Positions 1 to 8,967 are shown, numbered from the stretch's first letter. The stretch is 32,000 nt of DNA from Candidatus Hermodarchaeota archaeon (GCA_048886185.1 JBHLKY010000005.1:119001-151000); one strand, 5' to 3'. Program-made: numbers and translations. The notes: generated by a model from the sequence alone, not told the origin.

Positions 1-1
1 A

Positions 2-112
2 CCAGAAACAACAACATCAGAGACAGTGCAACCAGCTTCATTCGATCTTATTGGATTAGCTACTGCTGCTATCATTATATTTTGGATAAGTAAGCATAAA
101 AATCAAAAATAA
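2..112 (+). CDS. C-terminal fragment of a cell-surface protein with a CTERM-type sorting/anchor segment (partial, starts before the window)
   Basis: Hand translation of frame 2 gives PETTTSETVQPASFDLIGLATAAIIIFWISKHKNQK-stop(TAA 110-112): Thr-rich linker, PASF motif, hydrophobic helix and basic tail, the architecture of PGF-CTERM-like anchors. Not in the ORF track. Confidence 0.7.
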   Translation, partial: PETTTSETVQPASFDLIGLATAAIIIFWISKHKNQK

Positions 113-176
113 GATTTGAATAAGCTCTCCCTCTTCTCTTTTTTCTCTTGTATCATTTCAGATAATATTTCTTTAT

Positions 177-1274
177 TTATTTTCTTCGCTTTCGTTTCTT
201 TGATTTTCTTTTAGTTGCCTTCAGGGATTTCTTAGTAATTTTTTTCTTGGATTCTTTTTTTGAAGCAATTTCAGGAAAATCCTTTGAAATTTCTTTTAAT
301 ACTTCTTCAGGAGAGAGATCTTCAATCATTGAATTATCTGTAACTAATTCATCCCCATTGAATTCCTCTCGAATATCCTGAGTTGCCTGTTTAAGAACTG
401 CTTTAATTTCCAGAACATCGGGCGATTCATAGAAAAGAGATTCCATTTTTGATGATTCTACAGTATTCTCCATATCCTCCCTTTTAAATAAAGCGAGATC
501 TTGAATACGATCTCGAGCACGCCTCATCTCCTCCCGCAAAGCTGCTGCATCGACTGTTTCTTCAAGTTGCTTATCCGTAAGGCTAGTACTTGTTTTAATG
601 ATTCTTAAGCGTTCTTTTGGAATATTTAACCCTGCTCCAGCTACTAATGCGTCTAAAACAGGAGTAAAATCATCGAAAATACTTGTGTCAATAACTTCTC
701 GCTGTATCTCCTCATTAAAGACTTCAGCAAATCTTAGAGCTAATAAATCTGTCAGTTCATCAATAGGATCACTTTTTTCACTATCACAAATGACAGCAAC
801 TGTAATATCTGCTATCCGTCGAATGTGAATGGTTAAATCATCAGTACTTAATTTTTCAATCATTCTTCCAGTTACTTCAGACATAAGATCAAGAATTCCA
901 GTCACTAGACCAGAAAATATTGTGTCTGGAAATTCTAAACCTGAATACGAGCGACTTAAAAGACAAGTACCACCTGAACTGATGAACCAGACATAGTGAA
1001 CTACAGGTGCTTCTTTTTCAACCTCCGCGGTAACAGTAGCAGAAGCCATTCTTACTGCTTGAGTGATATCTTCTTCTAAAATTTCATCTCTATCCTTTTC
1101 TGCTGCTAAAGTAACTGCTTTAGTAGCAATTTCTCGTGCTCGTCGTGTAAGAAGCTTATTTAGAGCTTCAGTGCTTTCTTTTGCAACCCGCTGAATGCCT
1201 GTTTTTTTTAACAAAGTCCAACATTCTTTGGGATCGAAACCTAGGATAATGTTTTGATTATTATTTTTTGACAT
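177..1274 (-). CDS. Histone-fold / longin-like fusion protein with acidic helical region and Lys/Arg-rich C-terminal tail
   Basis: aa 11-77 align gap-free with archaeal HMf-type histones (KKTGIQRVAKES...LAAEKDRDEILEEDITQAV). aa 91-212 have the Asgard longin pattern (VWFISSGGTCLLSRSY...IFSGLVTGI...IDTSIFDDF). The last 28 aa contain 18 K/R. GGAG lies upstream of the ATG. Confidence 0.8.
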   Translation of the reverse strand: MSKNNNQNIILGFDPKECWTLLKKTGIQRVAKESTEALNKLLTRRAREIATKAVTLAAEKDRDEILEEDITQAVRMASATVTAEVEKEAPVVHYVWFISSGGTCLLSRSYSGLEFPDTIFSGLVTGILDLMSEVTGRMIEKLSTDDLTIHIRRIADITVAVICDSEKSDPIDELTDLLALRFAEVFNEEIQREVIDTSIFDDFTPVLDALVAGAGLNIPKERLRIIKTSTSLTDKQLEETVDAAALREEMRRARDRIQDLALFKREDMENTVESSKMESLFYESPDVLEIKAVLKQATQDIREEFNGDELVTDNSMIEDLSPEEVLKEISKDFPEIASKKESKKKITKKSLKATKRKSKKRKRRK

Positions 1275-1954
1275 TACGATTAGTTACTCCGCTGTTGATC
1301 CAGTAAAATACTTTTTAGTAGAAGTTGCTTAAATTATTGACTTTTATTTGATCTTAAAGTCTAGATACAAACTTCATTAAGATTATCAACAACAACAACT
1401 AAAAAAGTTAATGTTTATGAACCATGGAATTAAGAAATTTCTTTTATCATTTATTCTTATCTTTATAATTTTTGGGAAAACAATATTTATAAATAACTTT
1501 ACTTTACAAAAAAATAACTTTAGGGCCTAGACCCCTTAAATTTTCAAAATGATTTTTTTTAACTATTTCAAGTGGAAAGAAAGAGCTTAAACTCCTTCAG
1601 AATTTACGAAACGAAAATTAAAAGATTGATATGTTATTGGAGTCCTTCAAATAGTTCTTGACTCTATTCCCCTTAAATTAGTTCAGATAATAAACTAATC
1701 ATATTCAGAGTAGGCTATTCCTAGAAAGTACTACTCCGACCTCTGTTGAGATCATCCTTACTCCAATAGATTGTTAGTATATGACTAATGAAGTCAATAT
1801 AATGATGAATGATTACTATAAATAAGATTTTTTACCGACAAAAAAAGATAAGTATTCAACAGACGATGTATTCTTTATGTCATCTTTAAAAAGCGGATTG
1901 GAGGGGTACGCGTGTTACATTAGTAATACCAATGGTAAAGCTTTTTAAGCATGA

Positions 1955-2389
1955 ATGCCTTTGATTTGCAGGACAATTGTACTGAGTTGTGATACATTGG
2001 CAATGGAATTAGAGTTAGATAACTTAGTGAAAGACTTTTTACGATTTAGGCAATTTGATTTTGACTCAAATGTAACAATTAGGGCTAAGAATGATAGAGA
2101 AGTTCAGTTTTCTTACGTAGTGCATCGGTCGAAGGATAAGAACGTTGATATAGGTGGAAAGATTGGTGTTATCGTTAAAGATTGGGCCAGATCTTGCGGT
2201 TATAATGTAATATTAGAAGCGGAAAGACTTCAAACAAATACTGGGCTAACAAAAGTAATGGTGTGCGCAAACCAATTCTCCACAACTGCTCGTGAACTTG
2301 CTGAAAAATTGGGTATTCTTACATTAACGAATGGCGAACTAGTATCGATTAGAAAGATGTACATGCAACAACATTCATTCGATCCATAA
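1955..2389 (+). CDS. Mrr-like restriction-endonuclease-fold protein, probably catalytically degenerate (likely start ATG 2003)
   Basis: The C-terminal part VIVKDW...SCGYNVI...KVMVCANQFSTTARELAEKLGILTLTNGEL follows the Mrr_cat pattern (vqcKry..vg...v...givvTts.Ft..A...A....i.LidgeeL). Confidence 0.6.
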   Translation: MPLICRTIVLSCDTLAMELELDNLVKDFLRFRQFDFDSNVTIRAKNDREVQFSYVVHRSKDKNVDIGGKIGVIVKDWARSCGYNVILEAERLQTNTGLTKVMVCANQFSTTARELAEKLGILTLTNGELVSIRKMYMQQHSFDP

Positions 2390-2439
2390 AAAGAACTTCT
2401 AATTAAAATAGTTGTTTCTCCTTTTAATGGAACTACCAA

Positions 2440-3237
2440 CTATTTTAAGGTTTTTATGATTGGGCTTCGTCCTTTTTTTGGGACAACAATCAAAAAGGGT
2501 TTCAATATCCCATCATAACGACTTAAAAATGCTTCAATTTCCGCCAGTGTAATTTCAGGAGTATTATTTTCCTCAGATAGATGAGAGAGGATCGCTATTT
2601 GGGGTCTTGTTGCAGATATGAATTTAGCTGTATCCCAATTTGACAAATGTCCTTTAGGGCTCAGGATTCTTTGTTTTAGGAAGATTGGATAAGAACTTCG
2701 TAAAAGAAGATCAAAGGAATGATTAGCTTCAATTATTAATATTTTCACACCTCTGAATCCATCAACCAAAAAAGGAGTTATTCTACCACAGTCATTTAAA
2801 TAACCTACTAACGGAACTCCATCACTTGTTTTTATTAAAAATGCAACAGGATCAACTGAATCGTGTTGAATTTCATAAGGGGTGATGACCGCTTCATCTC
2901 CTAATTGAAATTCTTCCCCAATTTCGATAAAATCAGCGTCAAAAAATCCTGTTTTTCTTCGTATTCTTTCATAAGTTTCATAAGTTAACCAAAATTTAAG
3001 ATTAAATTTCTGAGACAGAGCCTTGATACCAACAACATGATCATTATGTTCGTGAGTAAGAATGATTCCTTTCAAGTTATTGATTTTTTCCCCGATCTCA
3101 TTTAAACCTTTCTTTATTCTTCTAGCGCTAATACCAGCGTCTATAAGAAAACGATCTTCTCCTACTCGCACAAAAGTAGTGTTCCCTTTACTTGATGATG
3201 CTAAGACACAGACTTTCAGCACTAGAAAAACGCCCAC
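2440..3237 (-). CDS. MBL-fold metallo-hydrolase, YycJ/WalJ-like
   Basis: LASSSKGN, LIDAG, THEHNDH (HxHxDH), HDSVDP, EANH, GHLSN and HLSEENN motifs. Confidence 0.88.
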   Translation of the reverse strand: MGVFLVLKVCVLASSSKGNTTFVRVGEDRFLIDAGISARRIKKGLNEIGEKINNLKGIILTHEHNDHVVGIKALSQKFNLKFWLTYETYERIRRKTGFFDADFIEIGEEFQLGDEAVITPYEIQHDSVDPVAFLIKTSDGVPLVGYLNDCGRITPFLVDGFRGVKILIIEANHSFDLLLRSSYPIFLKQRILSPKGHLSNWDTAKFISATRPQIAILSHLSEENNTPEITLAEIEAFLSRYDGILKPFLIVVPKKGRSPIIKTLK

Positions 3238-3250
3238 TTTTCTTATTTTG

Positions 3251-4189
3251 TTAAATTTTAAAAAATTTTTTTGCGTTTTCAGAAAAAATCATTTTCTTCT
3301 CATCTTTTGTTAAAAGCGGGTTATCCTCGATGACACGTTTTGAATGTTCCATTGATGTTCCTAATACCACTGGAGTATCAGTCCCAAAAAAAATCCGTTC
3401 AAATCCACATGTATTACGAATACTTTCAACAACAGAGGGAATTTCTAACTGGTAAATTACTGCAGAAGTATCAAGATAGACATTAGTATTTCTTTGGCTT
3501 ATTTGGAGAACTTCATTAAGCCATGTATCATCATAAATTTCACCATAACCTCCCAAATGTGCAAATATTATTTTATTCTTTGAAAATTTTTTAAGAATCT
3601 TTATCCAGTTCTTTGGATGTCCTTTTTTAACACATCTTAGAGTGTGAATTTCCCATGGACCTGGATCTTTCCCAAGGTGGATTAATATTGTTAGATCAAG
3701 GCCTTTAGCGAAATTAAAAATAGTTTTAAGATTCTTGTTACGTTTAGGATCAAAGAATTGCAGAGTGGGGATGAGTTTTATTCCTTTAAGCCCAAGATTT
3801 TGAATTTCTCGAAGTTTGAGTTTTACATATTTTTTATCTTTTGAGGGATTTACGGAACCAAATCCAATAAATCGTTCAGGATGTTTTTCAACAATGTCTG
3901 CTATTAGCTCATTTGGGGTATTCCCAACACTTAAAATCGTTTTCATAGTATCAAGAAGACGATATGGATCAATAAATAGAGAATAGGATAAAAAGTCATA
4001 AATAATTTCATCTCTAAGGTTTAAGTCTGTGTCTAAAACATCTGGATCAAGATCAAGAGCCAATAGTACCGCCCTTGAAATATTAGCTTTGTCCATTTCC
4101 TTTATGAGGGATTCAGCAGTGGTTAATGATCGGATCGGATGAACATGCGTATCAATAACTTCTCCGTATGTAGGTTCAACTATAGCCAT
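3251..4189 (-). CDS. Amidohydrolase_2 family TIM-barrel metallohydrolase
   Basis: IDTHVH, GLKGIKL, IHLG, FAHLGG, YLDTSA and FGTDTP motifs. Confidence 0.88.
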   Translation of the reverse strand: MAIVEPTYGEVIDTHVHPIRSLTTAESLIKEMDKANISRAVLLALDLDPDVLDTDLNLRDEIIYDFLSYSLFIDPYRLLDTMKTILSVGNTPNELIADIVEKHPERFIGFGSVNPSKDKKYVKLKLREIQNLGLKGIKLIPTLQFFDPKRNKNLKTIFNFAKGLDLTILIHLGKDPGPWEIHTLRCVKKGHPKNWIKILKKFSKNKIIFAHLGGYGEIYDDTWLNEVLQISQRNTNVYLDTSAVIYQLEIPSVVESIRNTCGFERIFFGTDTPVVLGTSMEHSKRVIEDNPLLTKDEKKMIFSENAKKFFKI

Positions 4190-4260
4190 TTAAAACTAGT
4201 TAAGAGAAGAAAATATTATTAGTATTATTCTTGTACTTGATAACAAAATTCCTATCTTGA

Positions 4261-4953
4261 GTGAATGAGTTAAAAAATTTCAATTATAGCAAATTAAGCC
4301 AAACAAAAAAGTGCACTAAGATGTCAAATACGACAGAACGTGAATCTGTTAAGCTTAGGCGAATTTTTTTTCGTAGAAAAAGGGAGGATGAAAAAAAAGT
4401 AGACGATGAGATCCCAAAAGGAAAACATAAATTCATTATAATGAAAATGACTTGGGATCAGGCGCTAGATCTAATTAAGCAGATTGAAGAACAAGTAGCA
4501 GAAACCGACGAAGTCGTACAAAAACAAGTTAAAATTAGAGAATTTAACATAGAGAAAGATGCTGAAAACTTTATTCGTTGTTACAACAGATCCTTTATCA
4601 CTGCCCCAGATCCTTATAGAACATTAACTTTAGAAGATATACAACACTTTAATCCAAAATCTACTTTCGTGGCAGAATTATATGGACATATTGTTGGATT
4701 TATTTTTCTTGTAATAGAACCACTTATAAAACAAGGGATGACTATTGGGAAGCAAGGTGTTATTGCTGGGATAGGAGTTGATCCTCGTTATCGTCGAAAG
4801 AAAATAGCATTCACGCTTGCTGTTAGAGCTGCGAAATTTTTTGCAGAAAATAATGTTATGGAACTAGTCTGTGAAGTATATCATGAAAATAAAGCGAGTT
4901 ATTATTTTATTCGAAGTTTTGGTTTTACAAAGACTGGGACAATATATCTTTAA
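4261..4953 (+). CDS. GNAT family N-acetyltransferase (true start may be ATG 4321 or 4441)
   Basis: IAGIGVDPRYRRKKIA acetyl-CoA-binding motif A; VYHENKASYYFIRSFGF motif B. Confidence 0.85.
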   Translation: MNELKNFNYSKLSQTKKCTKMSNTTERESVKLRRIFFRRKREDEKKVDDEIPKGKHKFIIMKMTWDQALDLIKQIEEQVAETDEVVQKQVKIREFNIEKDAENFIRCYNRSFITAPDPYRTLTLEDIQHFNPKSTFVAELYGHIVGFIFLVIEPLIKQGMTIGKQGVIAGIGVDPRYRRKKIAFTLAVRAAKFFAENNVMELVCEVYHENKASYYFIRSFGFTKTGTIYL

Positions 4954-5228
4954 TTCACATTTTAAAGAGCACATCCTTTCAATAATAACACCAAACCTCT
5001 TCTTTCCCAGATTTTATTGTTTATTGAGATTACGAAGGATGTAACCTCTCTAAATAATATGGTTTAATACAGATAAGGCTTGAAAGCAACTATCCGTTTA
5101 ATTTTGTCTAATCAAATTATTTCAGAGCCACATAATAGGTTTCAAACAAAACTGTAACAAAATAGCTGTGTAATTGAATGAGAATACTTGTGAATTGATG
5201 CTGTAGATCTTCTCGTATTAAATTATTG

Positions 5229-5774
5229 TCAATGATTACCTAGGATACTTTGCACAACATGTACATATAATTCTGCTCTGTTTTCACGAGTTAGATTCTT
5301 TATCTTGATATTTGGTCGGTTCTTAATAGTAGAGAGAAAAGAATTTTCATAATAAGGAATTGTTGCTACTATTCTTGGGGTATTATCAAATGCATACTTG
5401 ATGGCTTCTCTAAATTTTTTTGATAACAGCTCCATTTTCCCTAATTCATCAATAAGAAGAAGATCAGCTCCTTTATAAAGTAAAGGTACAACCATTTTTT
5501 CTAAATCTGTGATATACACGGAATATTTTCCTACACGCAGTTTCGATGTGAACTGGGACTCCTTTAAGCTAGCAAGAATACCTTCCTGGCCATCTAGGGT
5601 ATAAATTGCAAAACCAATTCTTCTCTTATTTTCACGAATTTCATTGGTATAAAAGCCATTTAGAGTCCAACTAGGTCTTAGTTTTTTAATCTCGGCTATA
5701 ATCATTTTAATGAATGTTGTTTTCCCAATTCCTGGTCTCCCAGCTATTAGAATATGTGTAATCAATGGATTCAC
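5229..5774 (-). CDS. THEP1 / NTPase_1 family nucleoside triphosphatase
   Basis: HILIAGRPGIGKTT, GFYTNEIRE..RRIGF, RVGKYSV and LLLIDELGKMEL motifs. Confidence 0.9.
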   Translation of the reverse strand: MNPLITHILIAGRPGIGKTTFIKMIIAEIKKLRPSWTLNGFYTNEIRENKRRIGFAIYTLDGQEGILASLKESQFTSKLRVGKYSVYITDLEKMVVPLLYKGADLLLIDELGKMELLSKKFREAIKYAFDNTPRIVATIPYYENSFLSTIKNRPNIKIKNLTRENRAELYVHVVQSILGNH

Positions 5775-5787
5775 CGAACGACGTCAG

Positions 5788-6615
5788 TTAACTAATCCAG
5801 AAATCTTTCAAAATATTGTTTAAACAATCTAGTTTACGTCGTATTTTAGGCGAGATTTCTTGTATGGTTTGCCAACCCTCCAAGTATACTTTTAGCACCG
5901 TAAAGAAGTCTTCTAAGAATTGAGGATAATCATTACCACGAGTAGCGAATTCAGGTAAAATTTGAGCGAGAAGTTTACAATTATCTGGATTAATAAAGAC
6001 CATTGCTTGATTGAAATTCTCAGAAAACGCTTTAAGACGATTCGGAAGAAGTTGACCCATGAAATCACTATCTACATAAAAAAGATGTCCATTATCAGAA
6101 ACTAACCAATGATTTTGATTGTAATCTAAAAGAATGTAAGCCTTGGAAGCATACCAGATGATTTCTAATAAATCCCTAATTTCATGAGGATTCGTGAACT
6201 GACACACTGGATAAAACATAAATTGTTGAAGAATAAGTAGAAGGTTCTTAGTATTAAGAAAATAAGTGGCAGGATAATGATCCCGAAGTGCCATATATAA
6301 TTGTTGAATTCGTTCTTTACTATATGCTGCGGGATTGAAAATAGCTTCAGACGATTCAAATTCTGGTTTTGAAGAGATTCTAATAGTATAGTACTCATTC
6401 TTTGGATTAGACAGGACTGTGATTGCTCTATCAATTCCAAAACCAGGCCGATTAACTTTATAAAATCTAAAAACATTTTCATTTATACGAGAATGTCCAA
6501 AAAAAGAATTTAGGCATTGAAGAATTTCAAATTGATTATAATCTTTGCTAAACGGCCAATCATCATCATTATGTTTTATAACCTCCACAGGGTAATCAAA
6601 CATCTCAGGACGCAT
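5788..6615 (-). CDS. Hypothetical protein with a probable divergent protein-kinase-like fold
   Basis: Ordered motifs resembling a Gly loop (RPGFG), beta3 (YTIRI), catalytic loop (ILLDYNQNHWLV) and DFG-like strand (GHLFYVDSDF). ATG start, 13 bp from the THEP1 gene. Confidence 0.5.
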   Translation of the reverse strand: MRPEMFDYPVEVIKHNDDDWPFSKDYNQFEILQCLNSFFGHSRINENVFRFYKVNRPGFGIDRAITVLSNPKNEYYTIRISSKPEFESSEAIFNPAAYSKERIQQLYMALRDHYPATYFLNTKNLLLILQQFMFYPVCQFTNPHEIRDLLEIIWYASKAYILLDYNQNHWLVSDNGHLFYVDSDFMGQLLPNRLKAFSENFNQAMVFINPDNCKLLAQILPEFATRGNDYPQFLEDFFTVLKVYLEGWQTIQEISPKIRRKLDCLNNILKDFWIS

Positions 6616-6915
6616 TATAAATAACCAACTACAGCGATCAATAAGAACGAGTCCTTAGGTATATGAATTAACCCTAATATCAAGACATTTACCACTCATT
6701 AGAAGAGAATTATATAGTGAGAATAGGATTATTATTTCATGACATCTGATTAAATGTGATTTTTACTTCCAGCTTCTTTATTGTTTTTTCCACATTTTTA
6801 GCTTTATGAATCTATATGTATTTTTCTCCCATCATTACACATTAGAAAAATAATGTAAATGCTATTAAAATAAAATCTTTAAGACTGAAGTAATGGAGTA
6901 ATAGAGTAAAATATT

Positions 6916-8967
6916 ATGGTGAGATCAGTTCTGACAAGTGAGAGGAAAACAACTATCTTACGCAAGGATTTAATAGAAGCCAAGGATTTAAAGCAAATAT
7001 TCAAAAAAATACGCAATATATTAGCGGGAAATTTCGTTGGAACCACAAGGGATGAAAAACTTGCTGAACAGCTTATTTTCCTCCTGTTTTGTAAGATAAA
7101 TGATGAATTGGAAGGATCAATAAACGATCCTGTTTTATTTCAGGTTAATTATCCTGATGCAAGTTCAATGAAGAACTTATTGGATAGGATAAATCGCCTT
7201 TTCAATCAGTTAACAACTCAATATGGTTCGATGTTTGATAATGATGACAAATTAATCATTGATAAAGTAACATTATCATCCATTGTAAAAGCTGTAGAGA
7301 GGTACAGTATTACTAAAGCTAGACGTGATGTGATAGGAGATGCTTTTGAAGTATTTTTAGGACCTTCTCTTAGAGGGAATAAAGGCCAATTTTTTACGCC
7401 CAAAAATATAGTCCACACAATGATTGAGATCTTGGAGCTAAAACTAGGAGAACGATTTATTGATCCTGCTTGCGGATCAGGAGGATTTTTAGTAGTAGGA
7501 TTAACAAAACTAATAAAAAAGGAAGTTAATAAAGAATCACCTGAATCCTATTTTCTCATGGGTATTGATAAGGATCGCTTCCTAGCGAAAATAGCCCAAA
7601 TATACCTTGCAATATTAGGCCTTAAGGAAAACGTTGTTTTTTGTGAAAACTCTCTAGAAAGTCCTGAAAACTGGAATTCTAGGGCATTGGAGGCTATTAA
7701 GCTAAATAGCTTTGATGTTGTATGTACAAATCCTCCATTTGGAGCAAAGATCCCCATAAATAACCAAAAAATATTAATCAATTATGATCTAGGTTATAAA
7801 TGGAAAAAAAAGTCTGAAGATTTGTGGGAAAAGACCACGATCCTTCAAGATAAACAACCTCCTCAAATACTTTTTATTGAAAGATGTCTTAACCTCTTAA
7901 AAAAAGGTGGTCGTTTAGGAATCATTCTGCCTGATGGAATCTTTGGAAATCCCTCAGATAGATATATTATACAATATCTACAACAACAAGCAACGATCCT
8001 AGCTTTAATTAGCTGTTCACATCTAGCTTTTCTCCCCCATACTCATACGAAAACATCCTTACTATTTGTTGAGAAAAAGAAACCTGAAAAAGATTATTCT
8101 TTCTTTATGGCTATTGCTGAAAATGTAGGTCATGATAAAAATGGAAAACCGCTTTACCTGATAGACAAAAAAGGGGAATACTTACTAGATGACAATGGTA
8201 ATAAAATTATTAATGATGATTTTCCTAAAATAATTGCAAATTATAAGGATTTTAAGCTAGGAACTTTGTATGATCAATCTCATCTGGGATTTACTTTCAG
8301 TAGCTCTCAGATTGATAAACACATTCTAATTCCTGAATATTATAATCCTGAAATTTTAAAAAGGTTACAGGAATTCGAGAAAGATAGAGTTTTCCATTTA
8401 GTTCGAATCTCTGACCTTTTAAATAAAGGTATAATCCAAATAACTCGGGGACATGAAATTGGATCAAAATTTTATGGGACGGGGAAAGTTCCTTTTATTA
8501 GAACTTCTGATTTAATAAATTGGGAAATCAATCTTGATCCAAAAAAACAAGTGGCACAAGAAGTATTTGAACTATATAAAGACAAACAAGACATTAAAGA
8601 AGGAGATATTCTGTTAGTAAGTGATGGAACGTTTCTAATTGGAAAAACCGCAATGATAACAAAGAATGATACTCAGATTATCATCCAAAGCCACTTAAAG
8701 AAAATTCGTGTTTTAAAAAAAGACATATTGGATGAATATGTCTTATTATGGGCATTAAACACGGAAATAGTGCAAGATCAAATAAAAGCAAAAACTTTCA
8801 TCCAATCCACAATCTCGACACTAGGGAATAGATTACTAGATTTAATTCTCCCTATTCCCTCGGAAATAGAGAGACGAGAAAAACTGTCACAAGAAATTAA
8901 AGAAATAGTTTGCACCAAAATGGAATTAAAGGAGAGGATTCGTACTATCCTAAAGACTTCGATGTGA
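6916..8967 (+). CDS. N6-adenine DNA methyltransferase (type I HsdM-like) fused to a single HsdS-like target recognition domain
   Basis: GQFFTP, motif I IDPACGSGGFL, motif IV NPPFG, GRLGIILPDG. The C-terminal ~180 aa have an HsdS/TRD pattern (PFIRTSDL, GDILLVSDGT..IGKTAMI, QSTISTL...LILPIP). Confidence 0.9.
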   Translation: MVRSVLTSERKTTILRKDLIEAKDLKQIFKKIRNILAGNFVGTTRDEKLAEQLIFLLFCKINDELEGSINDPVLFQVNYPDASSMKNLLDRINRLFNQLTTQYGSMFDNDDKLIIDKVTLSSIVKAVERYSITKARRDVIGDAFEVFLGPSLRGNKGQFFTPKNIVHTMIEILELKLGERFIDPACGSGGFLVVGLTKLIKKEVNKESPESYFLMGIDKDRFLAKIAQIYLAILGLKENVVFCENSLESPENWNSRALEAIKLNSFDVVCTNPPFGAKIPINNQKILINYDLGYKWKKKSEDLWEKTTILQDKQPPQILFIERCLNLLKKGGRLGIILPDGIFGNPSDRYIIQYLQQQATILALISCSHLAFLPHTHTKTSLLFVEKKKPEKDYSFFMAIAENVGHDKNGKPLYLIDKKGEYLLDDNGNKIINDDFPKIIANYKDFKLGTLYDQSHLGFTFSSSQIDKHILIPEYYNPEILKRLQEFEKDRVFHLVRISDLLNKGIIQITRGHEIGSKFYGTGKVPFIRTSDLINWEINLDPKKQVAQEVFELYKDKQDIKEGDILLVSDGTFLIGKTAMITKNDTQIIIQSHLKKIRVLKKDILDEYVLLWALNTEIVQDQIKAKTFIQSTISTLGNRLLDLILPIPSEIERREKLSQEIKEIVCTKMELKERIRTILKTSM

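Noticed and set aside
1387-1400. (CAA)4 microsatellite, and the Asn-coding repeat at ~23720-23748
   Set aside because: Too short to indicate a functional repeat or contingency locus.
8965-8967. Read-through of the methylase TGA stop to add a C-terminal extension
   Set aside because: The TRD already ends in the expected helical segment before this stop, and a Sec at that position has no redox context.
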